Shown here: positions 1-8,630 of the stretch, in pieces
Numbering within the stretch: position 1 is the stretch's first letter
How the letters are laid out: the number at the start of each line of letters is the position of its first letter
Source: a virus
IMG/VR virus record: IMGVR_UViG_3300046463_000164
DNA length: 64,000 bases
Reading direction: 5' to 3' (one strand)
Position numbers and translations under genes: made by a program
The notes under the pieces: generated by a model
What the model was told of the DNA's origin: nothing
What the model saw: the letters and a program-made list of their open reading frames with translations, nothing else
Database searches by the model: none

Positions 1-10
1 AGGAAGCAAC

Positions 11-463
11 ATGAAACTCTCTATTCATCACTTTATTGATATTCAAAAATATCACAAGAACAATCTGATTCTAGCGCCTGCTGGCAACTTGGGCATTTCC
101 AGGAGCGACATGCCTCAGATTGATCGGGCGAATAGGGAGGATTTTATCAAGTGGCTTGAACTGCGTGGGATTAAAGTCCGTAATATAAGGATACCCGCGC
201 GATCCCTTAAACTAGCTCAGGGTGAATATAACCGCGATAAAGTAGGATCAATCATCGACAGCGGTCATGCCGGTGAAGACCCTATCTTTGTTAGCAAGGA
301 TGGATACGTTGTGGATGGTAACCACCGTCTCATTGCGCACCTCAACATGCCCGGCGCGAGTAAGTACATTCAGGTGACTGAGCTGGGACAAGATATTAAG
401 GGGTTGTTGGATGAGATTAGCCACTACCCTAATGTTCGGTACAGAAATCTGAACAACGTCTGA
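11..463 (+). CDS. ParB/Sulfiredoxin-like domain protein
   Basis: PIFVSKDGYVVDGNHRL matches the ParB-N IxDGxHR motif; AGGAAG RBS upstream. Confidence 0.75.
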   Translation: MKLSIHHFIDIQKYHKNNLILAPAGNLGISRSDMPQIDRANREDFIKWLELRGIKVRNIRIPARSLKLAQGEYNRDKVGSIIDSGHAGEDPIFVSKDGYVVDGNHRLIAHLNMPGASKYIQVTELGQDIKGLLDEISHYPNVRYRNLNNV

Positions 464-490
464 GTTTCATAACACTTCATAAAAAAGTTC

Positions 491-519
491 TTTACTTTCC
501 GAAACTGTTTTACTATACT
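491..519 (+). promoter_or_regulatory. Early sigma70-type promoter
   Basis: TTTACT-N17-TATACT; same architecture recurs many times in the window. Confidence 0.75.
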
Positions 520-646
520 TTAATCATAGGCGGTCGGAAAGAAACTGCCTAGGGAAGAAAGGTAAGGTTGTAGTAAAGGGAGGTTGGTCGGGCTACTCAT
601 AAGCCCTTGTGAGAAATACAATATATTATGAAGGAAGGGAACTGTC

Positions 647-1261
647 ATGCAAACTCAAAACGCCATCAAGATGATCGCCTCGTTCAACCGTGGCATCTTC
701 GTTCCTCTGATCGGAGCCCATCAGCAACCGGTCGCGGTGCACAACCTTCTTAAGGAGAAGGGTGCGCGAGTGAGCCTGGACCATGTCCGGGCAATGATGG
801 AAGGCCGCGAGAGCGAGTTCAAGGACTTCGAAGTTGTTCAGGTGATCGGCCATCACGCCGGGGCTCAACAAGCTCAGGCGCAACAACCGGCACCGGTTCG
901 TCGGAATCCGATGCCAAGTGGCCTACCGGGTCGCTTGGTGAATCCCGGAACCCAACAGACCAATTTGACATCGCCTGCTCCCGCACAAGCGCGTGGGCGC
1001 GGTCGTGAATACGCCCCGAGCGGCGTGATCAAACCGCTGAAGCGTAATACGACTTACGCAAAGCTCATGGAAATGCTCGTTAAGGGCGCGACCATGAAGG
1101 AGTTGCTTGCAGCAACGACGAATACGACCGCAGGCGGGGTCAATGACGTCTTGTCTTGGCAGATCAAGCAGCGTGGTTACGGCCTGCGCTTCGATCAAGG
1201 ATCGGGCAAGTATTTTCTTGTGATGCCGGAAGGTCACAAGGAGTTGAAGTACGCGGATTGA
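647..1261 (+). CDS. Putative DNA-binding protein with C-terminal DUF3489-like winged helix
   Basis: YAKLMEMLVKGATMKELLAAT...AGGVNDVLSWQIKQRGYGL resembles DUF3489; strongly biased codon use. Confidence 0.55.
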   Translation: MQTQNAIKMIASFNRGIFVPLIGAHQQPVAVHNLLKEKGARVSLDHVRAMMEGRESEFKDFEVVQVIGHHAGAQQAQAQQPAPVRRNPMPSGLPGRLVNPGTQQTNLTSPAPAQARGRGREYAPSGVIKPLKRNTTYAKLMEMLVKGATMKELLAATTNTTAGGVNDVLSWQIKQRGYGLRFDQGSGKYFLVMPEGHKELKYAD

Positions 1262-1277
1262 TATAGTCCGCTCAACC

Positions 1278-1305
1278 AAGGGGAGACATATTGTCTCCCC
1301 TTTTT
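1278..1305 (+). terminator. Rho-independent terminator
   Basis: AAGGGGAGACA-TAT-TGTCTCCCCTT followed by T run. Confidence 0.8.
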
Positions 1306-1323
1306 CATTTTATGGAGTCAATT

Positions 1324-1671
1324 ATGGCTAGGCCGCCGTTGAAGTCGATTGAGGAATACAACCAATCTGGAGGTTGGGCTTATCATAAGTTCCTTGATCA
1401 CACTGAGGCAATTCTGAATGACCCACTTCTTGCTAAAGTTGCTAAGTTTGAAGTGACCGATAACATTTTGTATTTGAGATCGGGTGGGGCGTTGTTAAGC
1501 TTCATGGTACAACAAGATGGCAGAGCCAAGGAATACTTGACTATAGTCAACGGAATCAACCGGCAAGAGTTGGTAGAATTCCACTTTTCCGCAAGATCGG
1601 AGGATATTATAAGATCAATTTACCACATCTTGGATGTAAAGGAGGAAACAAATGACAAGCAGTTGGATTGA
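1324..1671 (+). CDS. Hypothetical protein
   Basis: ORF; GGAG RBS supports ATG at 1324 rather than 1291. Confidence 0.6.
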   Translation: MARPPLKSIEEYNQSGGWAYHKFLDHTEAILNDPLLAKVAKFEVTDNILYLRSGGALLSFMVQQDGRAKEYLTIVNGINRQELVEFHFSARSEDIIRSIYHILDVKEETNDKQLD

Positions 1672-2245
1672 TCATCAGAGAGAACAGGCTTTTGCAATAT
1701 ATCGCCGATATATTGCGATGAGTTTGCACTTTAAGGAGGGATCAAACTATGACTACACAATATACAATGGGGCTTCTAAGGTCTCCCTGAAGAGTTTCTT
1801 GACCAAGCCGCGAGAGGTAACAAGCTTCATACAACTATCCAATCGCATCAAAGGCATTGTCCCTGAGGAATTTCTATTCGCTCAAGCAAGACATGGCAAC
1901 CTCTGCGTCAATAGGTTATTGGACAAAGACGCCATGAAGATTTACAATGAGTGGAAGGGAAAGTACGGCGACTCTGGCGTGTTCCTGGAGAACGCGAGCG
2001 CTGAGCTTAAACGGTTCTCGCTGCTGCCCCTAGAGGCTGCTGAGGCGGACGTTACCGATATACTAGCTAACCTGCTGGCGACCGGAGAGGACTGCTATAT
2101 AGAGCCTATCTCATGGATACTCCAGACGTATCCAAGCGTGGGGACGGATATTCGCATGAGAGTCGCAGACAACGTTCTTTACAAGATGATGCTGGATAAG
2201 GTAATCAAGATGCAACGTTTCTATTCCTACCTTTGCATTATCTAA
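1652..2245 (+). CDS. 59: T4 gp59-like helicase loader
   Basis: AFAIYRRYIAMSLHF..NYDYTIYNG..KVS resembles gp59 N-terminus (YxxYxxxKxHxxxxYDxxKYN); size ~200 aa. Confidence 0.7.
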   Translation: MTSSWIDHQREQAFAIYRRYIAMSLHFKEGSNYDYTIYNGASKVSLKSFLTKPREVTSFIQLSNRIKGIVPEEFLFAQARHGNLCVNRLLDKDAMKIYNEWKGKYGDSGVFLENASAELKRFSLLPLEAAEADVTDILANLLATGEDCYIEPISWILQTYPSVGTDIRMRVADNVLYKMMLDKVIKMQRFYSYLCII

Positions 2246-2247
2246 AG

Positions 2248-2278
2248 AAAAAGCCCCTCAGAATCTGAGGGGCTTTTT
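2248..2278. terminator. Bidirectional terminator
   Basis: AAAAAGCCCCTCAG-AAT-CTGAGGGGCTTTTT between convergent genes. Confidence 0.85.
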
Positions 2279-2279
2279 G

Positions 2280-2774
2280 TTATGTCGGTAGGTCAGCGTC
2301 ACGGTCGGTTTGATCAACAAAATCAAAACCGGTGAATGCAAACGTGGCTGTGCAGTGTACGTCCGTATCGCGTCCGTCTGTGTCGAATTCTAGACCTGAG
2401 AGCGCTATCGGAAACGCCTCATAAAATTCAACTTCAATTCCCTGGAACTTCTTGTCATTGCTCACCAGGTGCACGAAGATAGACTGATATTCTTCAATAC
2501 CTCTCTTGGCGTTATCCCTCATCCAGCTATACAACTTGATGTAGTTCAGTAGGTTCTCGTCTACAATAAACTCAAGCTCAAGGTTGTCATATTGAATATG
2601 ATCACCCGAAGTTTGCAATACGAACTCAGTGCGGTTTCCGATAGCAGTTGGGTTAGCAGACACAGCAGGGAGCTCAAACTTTGTGAGCTTCATAACCAGT
2701 TCTTCTTGGCCTTGGATGAATGCAATCCAGTTAGAACTGCCAATATTATTGATTGTCGGAGTAGAAATATTCAT
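2280..2774 (-). CDS. 3: T4 gp3-like tail completion / tail-tube terminator
   Basis: SGDHIQYDNLELEFIVDENLLNYIKLYSWM and FYEAFPIALSGLEF are typical of the gp3/gp19 fold family. Confidence 0.8.
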   Translation of the reverse strand: MNISTPTINNIGSSNWIAFIQGQEELVMKLTKFELPAVSANPTAIGNRTEFVLQTSGDHIQYDNLELEFIVDENLLNYIKLYSWMRDNAKRGIEEYQSIFVHLVSNDKKFQGIEVEFYEAFPIALSGLEFDTDGRDTDVHCTATFAFTGFDFVDQTDRDADLPT

Positions 2775-2784
2775 ACGATGGGCC

Positions 2785-2813
2785 TTTACTTAGTATGTGT
2801 ACATAGGTATAAT
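2785..2813 (+). promoter_or_regulatory. Early promoter
   Basis: TTTACT-N17-TATAAT. Confidence 0.75.
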
Positions 2814-2815
2814 TA

Positions 2816-2822
2816 TATTTAG
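2816..2822 (-). promoter_or_regulatory. Late promoter (CTAAATA, variant of T4 TATAAATA)
   Basis: CTAAATA ~40 nt upstream of gp3; same motif precedes other virion genes. Confidence 0.6.
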
Positions 2823-2874
2823 AGTAGATGTGATAAAGAATGTGTTCGGTACTAACCCTTGAAGTGAGAAATTG

Positions 2875-3585
2875 ATGTCGTCCCTGCGCGAAGCCCTGAA
2901 ATCTGTGAAAAGCAATATCCGTGTAATGCCTGCTGCTCCGAAGAAGCCGGTGCCGACGCGCCAGGCGTCCAAGCCGAAGGCTGAAGTGATCCCCATTAGG
3001 CCGAAGCAATATATCTCCGGCCATGAAGTTCGTTGGACCGACTATGAAGGTAATAGCGGCAAAGTTCCTTTTATCTCTCATCAAGAAGATGAGGTTGGCT
3101 TCTATATAGCTTACCCGTCGAAGCGGGAAGACATCAAGTTGCCTGAAGGTACGGTGCGGGCATCGTATAACTTCGCCAAGAAGCAAGTTGAGTATTTTAA
3201 GAAAGGCTCCAATGAGCCGATTCGTTTCGTGCGGAACGCGCGCCATGAGCCGCTGCCGGTTCCCTCGTATTTCGGTGAGTTGGAGAAGATTGAGGAAGTG
3301 TTCGATATCAACCTGGAAACCGGTGAGATCACTGAAGAGATTCGTGTTGATGTATTGCCGGAAGGCGTGCACTGGAAGCTGCGTCTTCAAGAGTTTGAGA
3401 ATCAACAGATCAAGGCGGGTGTTAGCGCAAAAGCGATTACTTTCCGTCTGCAACGGTATCTGAAGAACCTGGAAGCAATGCGCGGAGTGACGGTTGAAAT
3501 GATTGCTCAACCGATCCCAGAAGCGATTGTTACTGCCATTCAATATGCAGAACAGAAGCGCCTCCAAATGGCATCCGGCGCGTAA
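2875..3585 (+). CDS. Hypothetical protein
   Basis: Long ORF behind an early promoter with biased codon use. Confidence 0.7.
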   Translation: MSSLREALKSVKSNIRVMPAAPKKPVPTRQASKPKAEVIPIRPKQYISGHEVRWTDYEGNSGKVPFISHQEDEVGFYIAYPSKREDIKLPEGTVRASYNFAKKQVEYFKKGSNEPIRFVRNARHEPLPVPSYFGELEKIEEVFDINLETGEITEEIRVDVLPEGVHWKLRLQEFENQQIKAGVSAKAITFRLQRYLKNLEAMRGVTVEMIAQPIPEAIVTAIQYAEQKRLQMASGA

Positions 3586-3623
3586 TGATATATCTTAACC
3601 CATTTTTAGTAAAGGAAGCGGAA

Positions 3624-4037
3624 ATGTCTGAGCTTGTAAAGATCAAGTTGACCAAAGAAAATGCGCCGGGTCAATTTGCGATTATTCAGGATCGAAACCG
3701 TGAAATTGCATCTGCGGTCCAAAAGCATCTATTCCATGAGTTTGATGCGGTTTGGGCATTTGGTGGACCCCTCGTAAAATACCTGGAAGAGGAAGTGTTG
3801 TATGTCAGTCCGTCATCCGATGGAGGCTATGTATTGGCTTATAGCACTTTGGATTACTACAACACCGGAGATCGGCGAGAACGCTTTCCAGAAATGTCGA
3901 TTGAGGTAGAGGCGGTATATACCGTGTCGATATACAACAATGTTCGCGCGGTGAAGATCGGAGGTAAGATGTATAACGAATCTGATATCATCCAGATTCT
4001 GAAATCCAACCCGCTCACTATTCCGGAGATTGCGTAA
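3624..4037 (+). CDS. Hypothetical protein
   Basis: ORF; AAGGAAG RBS supports ATG at 3624 (alternative start 3585). Confidence 0.6.
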   Translation: MSELVKIKLTKENAPGQFAIIQDRNREIASAVQKHLFHEFDAVWAFGGPLVKYLEEEVLYVSPSSDGGYVLAYSTLDYYNTGDRRERFPEMSIEVEAVYTVSIYNNVRAVKIGGKMYNESDIIQILKSNPLTIPEIA

Positions 4038-4048
4038 CCAAGTAAAAT

Positions 4049-4078
4049 AAAAGGCCCAAGAATTTCTTGGGCCTTTTT
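4049..4078. terminator. Bidirectional terminator
   Basis: AAAAGGCCCAAGA-ATT-TCTTGGGCCTTTTT. Confidence 0.85.
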
Positions 4079-4081
4079 GCT

Positions 4082-4852
4082 TTATATCATTGCCAATATC
4101 TTGCCGGTGATGGTAAGGTTATTGGATAGTGTATTAACCACAAGATAGACGTTGTTCGGGTCAATCGAAGTGGTGAGGTTGAATAGACTCTGAGAGTTGC
4201 CTACCTCATTATATACTGAGATGTAGGTGTCTGTCCCTACATATGTAATCAATACTTCTTGAATTTGTCTGTTTGCTCCAGCAGCGTCGCAGACAGCAAT
4301 CAGGCATTTCATCGCGGTGTATCGGGCGATTCTGAATGAAAATAGATTAGTTGCCCCGGCAGATGCGATTACTTGAGGCTTGGTTCCGCCAGCATTGTAA
4401 AGCTGAATCTTCTTCCAGCTTCCCGTAGGAACGTCCCAACGAGAAAGTTCTGATAGGTTATCCCCTGATCCATCATCTTGAATGAAGGTCAGTTCATTTC
4501 CAAAGTAGTTAGAATACTCATTTGAGATCGCGGCATCCCGATCAGCAGCGTTATTGAATACGCCTCTAAATGAAGTGGCACGACCTAGAAAGTTGAATTT
4601 AGAGTATTCCGCATCGGTTAGGACATGAGAATCAGGGATGGACGTCAGCTGAGCTCTGATATTCGCCGGTTGGTTATTGGCGATGATATTGTTATTCAGA
4701 ATCTTGGCAAGCTCAGCAGAAGCAACCTTACCGGTTCCTCCAGAGAAGTCATTAACAATAAGCTGGGCGCTCAGGGCGCTGCGCATTTCGGAAATTGCCT
4801 GGTCGATTTCTTGTCCTGTATAGACAGAACGATATACTGAATTGGTAGTCAT
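4082..4852 (-). CDS. Probable virion structural protein
   Basis: C-terminal FRIARYTAMKCLIAV..QIQEVLITYVGTDTYISVYNEVG resembles a beta-domain repeated in T4-like cyanophage structural proteins; late motif at 4914-4920. Confidence 0.55.
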   Translation of the reverse strand: MTTNSVYRSVYTGQEIDQAISEMRSALSAQLIVNDFSGGTGKVASAELAKILNNNIIANNQPANIRAQLTSIPDSHVLTDAEYSKFNFLGRATSFRGVFNNAADRDAAISNEYSNYFGNELTFIQDDGSGDNLSELSRWDVPTGSWKKIQLYNAGGTKPQVIASAGATNLFSFRIARYTAMKCLIAVCDAAGANRQIQEVLITYVGTDTYISVYNEVGNSQSLFNLTTSIDPNNVYLVVNTLSNNLTITGKILAMI

Positions 4853-4913
4853 TTATATTCCTTTGTGAATGTGCCTTTCCATATCCAGGCAAATAAAGCA
4901 TACGATTTACTAA

Positions 4914-4920
4914 TATTTAG
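4914..4920 (-). promoter_or_regulatory. Late promoter CTAAATA
   Basis: Motif upstream of 4852 start. Confidence 0.55.
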
Positions 4921-4933
4921 TCAGAACACATAC

Positions 4934-4962
4934 TAGACTTAACATAGCCCATCGGCTATAAT
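4934..4962 (+). promoter_or_regulatory. Early promoter of the sugar operon
   Basis: TAGACT-N17-TATAAT. Confidence 0.7.
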
Positions 4963-4986
4963 AGGAAGGTTAATAAAGGAGAAAGA

Positions 4987-6180
4987 ATGAAGATTGCTGC
5001 AATTTATTGGCCCACATCTTCAGTGGGCGGCATTAACACGTTGTTTGAGTCTCTACGGAAAGCGGCCATTGCCCAGGGTGATGAGTTCGACGTCATCCGT
5101 TGCGGTAATCTGAAAACCATCAAACCCGAGAAGTTTGCTGAACCGAAGTTGATTCGCGGTGGGGATACTTTCATTACGGTTCATGGCGATTCGTCGCATC
5201 ACCCGGATCAGATCCAAGGCACGATCAAGTGGCTTGAAGAAAATTATGACGCGGTGTATTTCGGCTACTTGTGTCCGCACGAAAACAAGGCGTATGGCAG
5301 CGAGCCGGTATTCATGCCGATGTATACTGATCTGAAACTTCCAAAGGTATCGTGTATTGTTGATGCCTATTGGGATTCGTATGCAGATTGGGCAATTCCC
5401 TGCTTCCCTCATATTAAGCGGACTGTGGTATCGCAAATCGCCTACGCTGAACCGTTGGTGAAGATGGGTATGCCGGTAGAAGCGATCAAGGCTCCCATTA
5501 CTCCGAAGCTGAATATTCAATCCGTTCGCAGCGACGAATCTCTGACGGTCTGGACTTCCCAATGGAAGACGATCAAAGGTATTGACAAGCTGCTTCCTCA
5601 TATTCCGGCAATCTCGGAAGTCTCTAAGGTGGAGTTGTATTCCAATGGGATTCTGTACTATCAGATTCGGGAAGATGAAGAGTGGAAAGCTGCAGTCGGT
5701 AAGGATCACTTTAAGGAGTTCAACGGTTACGGAAAGGCTGAGTTCTTTGGGTATGTTTCAACAGATGAAATCCCGGAGATTCTGACCCGTTCTTGGTTTA
5801 TGATCGACCTTCAAGGTATTGGCAAGCCTAAGCATGAAGCATACCGGAATGGCGCTTACAACTATACGACCATCGAGGCGTTGCTGTATGGGTCTTGTCC
5901 TATCCTGCACGCTCAGGCGCTGAAGTCTATTATCCCCAAGGAATTCTTCTTGACGATTGAGCATCCGAAGGAAATTGCAGAACTGATTCGTACCAGCAAG
6001 GATTTTGCTCTTGATCCGGTCCGTCAGAAGAACGCGCGTGAATGGGTATTGGACATTCACTCGGATTCAGCGACGTATAACGTCATCAAGGAGTCGTTCG
6101 CGCTCCCTGATCCGGTTGTGGATATCTCTGGTTTCTTGAAGAAAGATGAGCCAGCTGATCTTTTCTCTATGTTTGGTTGA
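4987..6180 (+). CDS. GT-B fold glycosyltransferase
   Basis: N-terminal MKIAAIY..VGGINT, KGIDKLL, FFGYVS..EI, NYTTIEALLYGSCPI (GT-B donor-binding Ex7E-like region). Confidence 0.75.
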   Translation: MKIAAIYWPTSSVGGINTLFESLRKAAIAQGDEFDVIRCGNLKTIKPEKFAEPKLIRGGDTFITVHGDSSHHPDQIQGTIKWLEENYDAVYFGYLCPHENKAYGSEPVFMPMYTDLKLPKVSCIVDAYWDSYADWAIPCFPHIKRTVVSQIAYAEPLVKMGMPVEAIKAPITPKLNIQSVRSDESLTVWTSQWKTIKGIDKLLPHIPAISEVSKVELYSNGILYYQIREDEEWKAAVGKDHFKEFNGYGKAEFFGYVSTDEIPEILTRSWFMIDLQGIGKPKHEAYRNGAYNYTTIEALLYGSCPILHAQALKSIIPKEFFLTIEHPKEIAELIRTSKDFALDPVRQKNAREWVLDIHSDSATYNVIKESFALPDPVVDISGFLKKDEPADLFSMFG

Positions 6181-6191
6181 GGTTGCTAAGT

Positions 6192-6791
6192 ATGAGTGTG
6201 AATAAGAAGGTTGTAGTTCTAGTTGAACCCCACGCGGATGACATCTATCTCAGTTGTCATCAACATGCTGTAGATTGGGTGAAGGAAGGAAAGGTTGTAG
6301 TGATCGTCACCGTCTTTTCGGGAACCCGGAAACGGGCGCGCGACGGCACCAGCTACGCAGATGCAATCGGTGCTACCTGGATCGGCTTAGGGTTTGATGA
6401 GTTCGCTGAGCCTGATATCCGCAATGCGTATTTGAACACGCCGTTTGATCCCCTGCCGGGTAATCTCAGCCTGATCTATGAGGCTAGTGAGGTTCAGGTA
6501 GTTTCCCCGCTAGGTATCCAGAACCCCGATCACCAGGCTGTTCGTGAGTGGCTAAAGGCTTCTAATGACCAGTTGCGCTATTATGCGGAGATTCCGTATT
6601 ATACGAAGCTGAAGAATCAAGAAGAAGTCAACGGACTGATTGTTGGCAAGGTGATTGATAGTATCAAGAAGCCTAAGCACACAAAGGCTGACGAGAAGTA
6701 TTGGAAGTGTTTTAAGGATCAAGCGAAGTTTTTCCACTTTAACCCGCCGGAATCTTACAAGGATGTCCCGGAACTTTTGGTGACAGATTAA
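6192..6791 (+). CDS. PIG-L/LmbE family N-deacetylase
   Basis: EPHADD and NPDH metal-binding motifs; YYAEIPY. Confidence 0.8.
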   Translation: MSVNKKVVVLVEPHADDIYLSCHQHAVDWVKEGKVVVIVTVFSGTRKRARDGTSYADAIGATWIGLGFDEFAEPDIRNAYLNTPFDPLPGNLSLIYEASEVQVVSPLGIQNPDHQAVREWLKASNDQLRYYAEIPYYTKLKNQEEVNGLIVGKVIDSIKKPKHTKADEKYWKCFKDQAKFFHFNPPESYKDVPELLVTD

Positions 6792-7444
6792 TGGCTGTAG
6801 TCAAGCATATACATATCATCGGAGCAGGCGGTCATGCCAATGTGGTGTTGGATATTGTTGAAGAGTTGAGGAAATATGTAGGAATCAACATCTATGCCGA
6901 TTCCTATGATCCCGTAGCCAACAATAGATTTTGGGACTATCCTATCAAGGGATCGGCCACTGACTTCTTTTCAGAAGTCAAATACAACTGGAATCATGAC
7001 TATATTGTGGCCATCGGAGACAACTCCGCTCGCGGTAGGTTGTCGGAGAGTTTCAAGTTGGCGACTAAGCGTAAGCCCGTCACCCTCATCCATCCTAAAG
7101 CTATAGTGAGCGATAGGGCCAAGATTGGCCACGGCACGGTGATTATGGCAGGAGCAGTTGTTGGTCCTGGGGCTGTCATTGGCGATAATTGTATTATCAA
7201 TCACGGAGCAACGGTTGATCATGATTGTATGCTTGAAGATGCAGTTCATATCTGTCCTGGAGCGCATATTGCTGGTGCAGTCAAGGTCGGAAAGGGCGTT
7301 CAGGTCGGCATCGGTGCCAGTGTTATACAAGGCATAAGTATTGGTGAATATACCACCATCGGTGCCGGAGCAGCAGTTGTAAGTGATATCGCCGGTTGGG
7401 TAACAGCGGTCGGAGTCCCGGCCAAGGTAATTAAGGAATATTGA
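6791..7444 (+). CDS. UDP-4-amino-sugar N-acetyltransferase (Campylobacter PglD / NeuD family)
   Basis: IIGAGGHA, VAIGDN..R, hexapeptide left-handed beta-helix repeats, VDHDC, GVPAKVIK. Confidence 0.92.
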   Translation: MAVVKHIHIIGAGGHANVVLDIVEELRKYVGINIYADSYDPVANNRFWDYPIKGSATDFFSEVKYNWNHDYIVAIGDNSARGRLSESFKLATKRKPVTLIHPKAIVSDRAKIGHGTVIMAGAVVGPGAVIGDNCIINHGATVDHDCMLEDAVHICPGAHIAGAVKVGKGVQVGIGASVIQGISIGEYTTIGAGAAVVSDIAGWVTAVGVPAKVIKEY

Positions 7445-7445
7445 A

Positions 7446-8630
7446 ATGTTGAATGCAGGTATTAGTCCGTGGCCGTTTTATGCTCAAGATGAACGTGATG
7501 CGGTTCAGAACATATTGATTTCAGGCAAGGTGAATCAGTGGACGGGCACGGAAGTCAAGGAATTTGAGAAAGAGTTCGCAGAGTATATTGGGACATCATA
7601 TGCAGTAGCGGTATCAAACGGCACGGTGGCGTTGGATCTGATTCTCCAATATTGTTTGTTGGGTGCCATCGATGCAGAAGTTATTGTGACGTCCCGGACT
7701 TTTATTGCATCGGCTAGTTCCATTATCATGGCGGGAGCAAAGCCGGTATTTGTGGACGTTGATCCGAAGTCTGGCAATATCACTCCTGAAGCAATTCGAG
7801 CAGCGGTCACGGAGAATACTGTAGCAATCATCTGTGTTCACTTGGCTGGTTGGCCTTGTGATATGGACCCGATCATGGAGATTGCAGCTGATAATGGACT
7901 GTATGTAATCGAAGATTGTGCACAGGCTCATGGCGCGATCTATAAGGGTCGCAAGGTCGGTTCCATCGGTCACGCGTCTGCTTGGTCTTTCTGTCAAGAC
8001 AAGATCATGTCGACAGGCGGTGAAGGTGGTATGATCACAACCAACACGTCATTCATTTGGACCTATTGTTGGTCCAAGAAGGATCACGGCAAGAGTTATT
8101 TTGACGCCGTGATGCGTAAGGATCATGCTCCTGGTTTCCGTTGGTTGCATAGTAGTATCGGGTCGAATTACCGTATGACCGAAATTCAAGCCTCAATCGG
8201 TCGTATTCAGCTACGCAAGCTGGAAAGTTGGGTCAGCACCCGCAATTATATTGCGGACGAGTTGAATAAGGTGGCTTGGCCGCTTTCTGCTGTTCGTATT
8301 GAATGGTGCGACTTCCCCGATAGTCGCCATGCTAAGTACAAGCATTATATGTATGTAAATCCTGAAGGTCTCAATGAAGGTTGGGATCGGGAAAGAATAA
8401 TCAAGGAATTGATTGCCGAAGGAGTTCCCTGCTACCACGGTTCTTGTTCAGAAGTTTATCTGGAAAATGCGTTTGACGGACATTACAAAACTCTGCCGGT
8501 AGCAAAGGAGTTGGGTGAGACTAGCCTGATGTTCTTGGTTCATCCGACCATTAACATGATGGAAGTCCACAATATGACTGAAGGACTTCGCAAGGTGCTC
8601 ACAGCCGCTTCAAAATCTTGTAGAGAATGA
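7446..8630 (+). CDS. DegT/DnrJ PLP aminotransferase (Neisseria PglC / Campylobacter PglE type)
   Basis: SPWP..KVNQWTG.E.KEFEKEFA, EDCAQAHGA, WSFCQDKIMSTGGEGGM. Confidence 0.93.
   Translation: MLNAGISPWPFYAQDERDAVQNILISGKVNQWTGTEVKEFEKEFAEYIGTSYAVAVSNGTVALDLILQYCLLGAIDAEVIVTSRTFIASASSIIMAGAKPVFVDVDPKSGNITPEAIRAAVTENTVAIICVHLAGWPCDMDPIMEIAADNGLYVIEDCAQAHGAIYKGRKVGSIGHASAWSFCQDKIMSTGGEGGMITTNTSFIWTYCWSKKDHGKSYFDAVMRKDHAPGFRWLHSSIGSNYRMTEIQASIGRIQLRKLESWVSTRNYIADELNKVAWPLSAVRIEWCDFPDSRHAKYKHYMYVNPEGLNEGWDRERIIKELIAEGVPCYHGSCSEVYLENAFDGHYKTLPVAKELGETSLMFLVHPTINMMEVHNMTEGLRKVLTAASKSCRE

Noticed and set aside
590-606. GGGCT-ACTCATA-AGCCC hairpin resembling a tRNA-Met anticodon arm
   Set aside because: CAT is out of register in the loop and there is no acceptor stem, T arm or CCA nearby.
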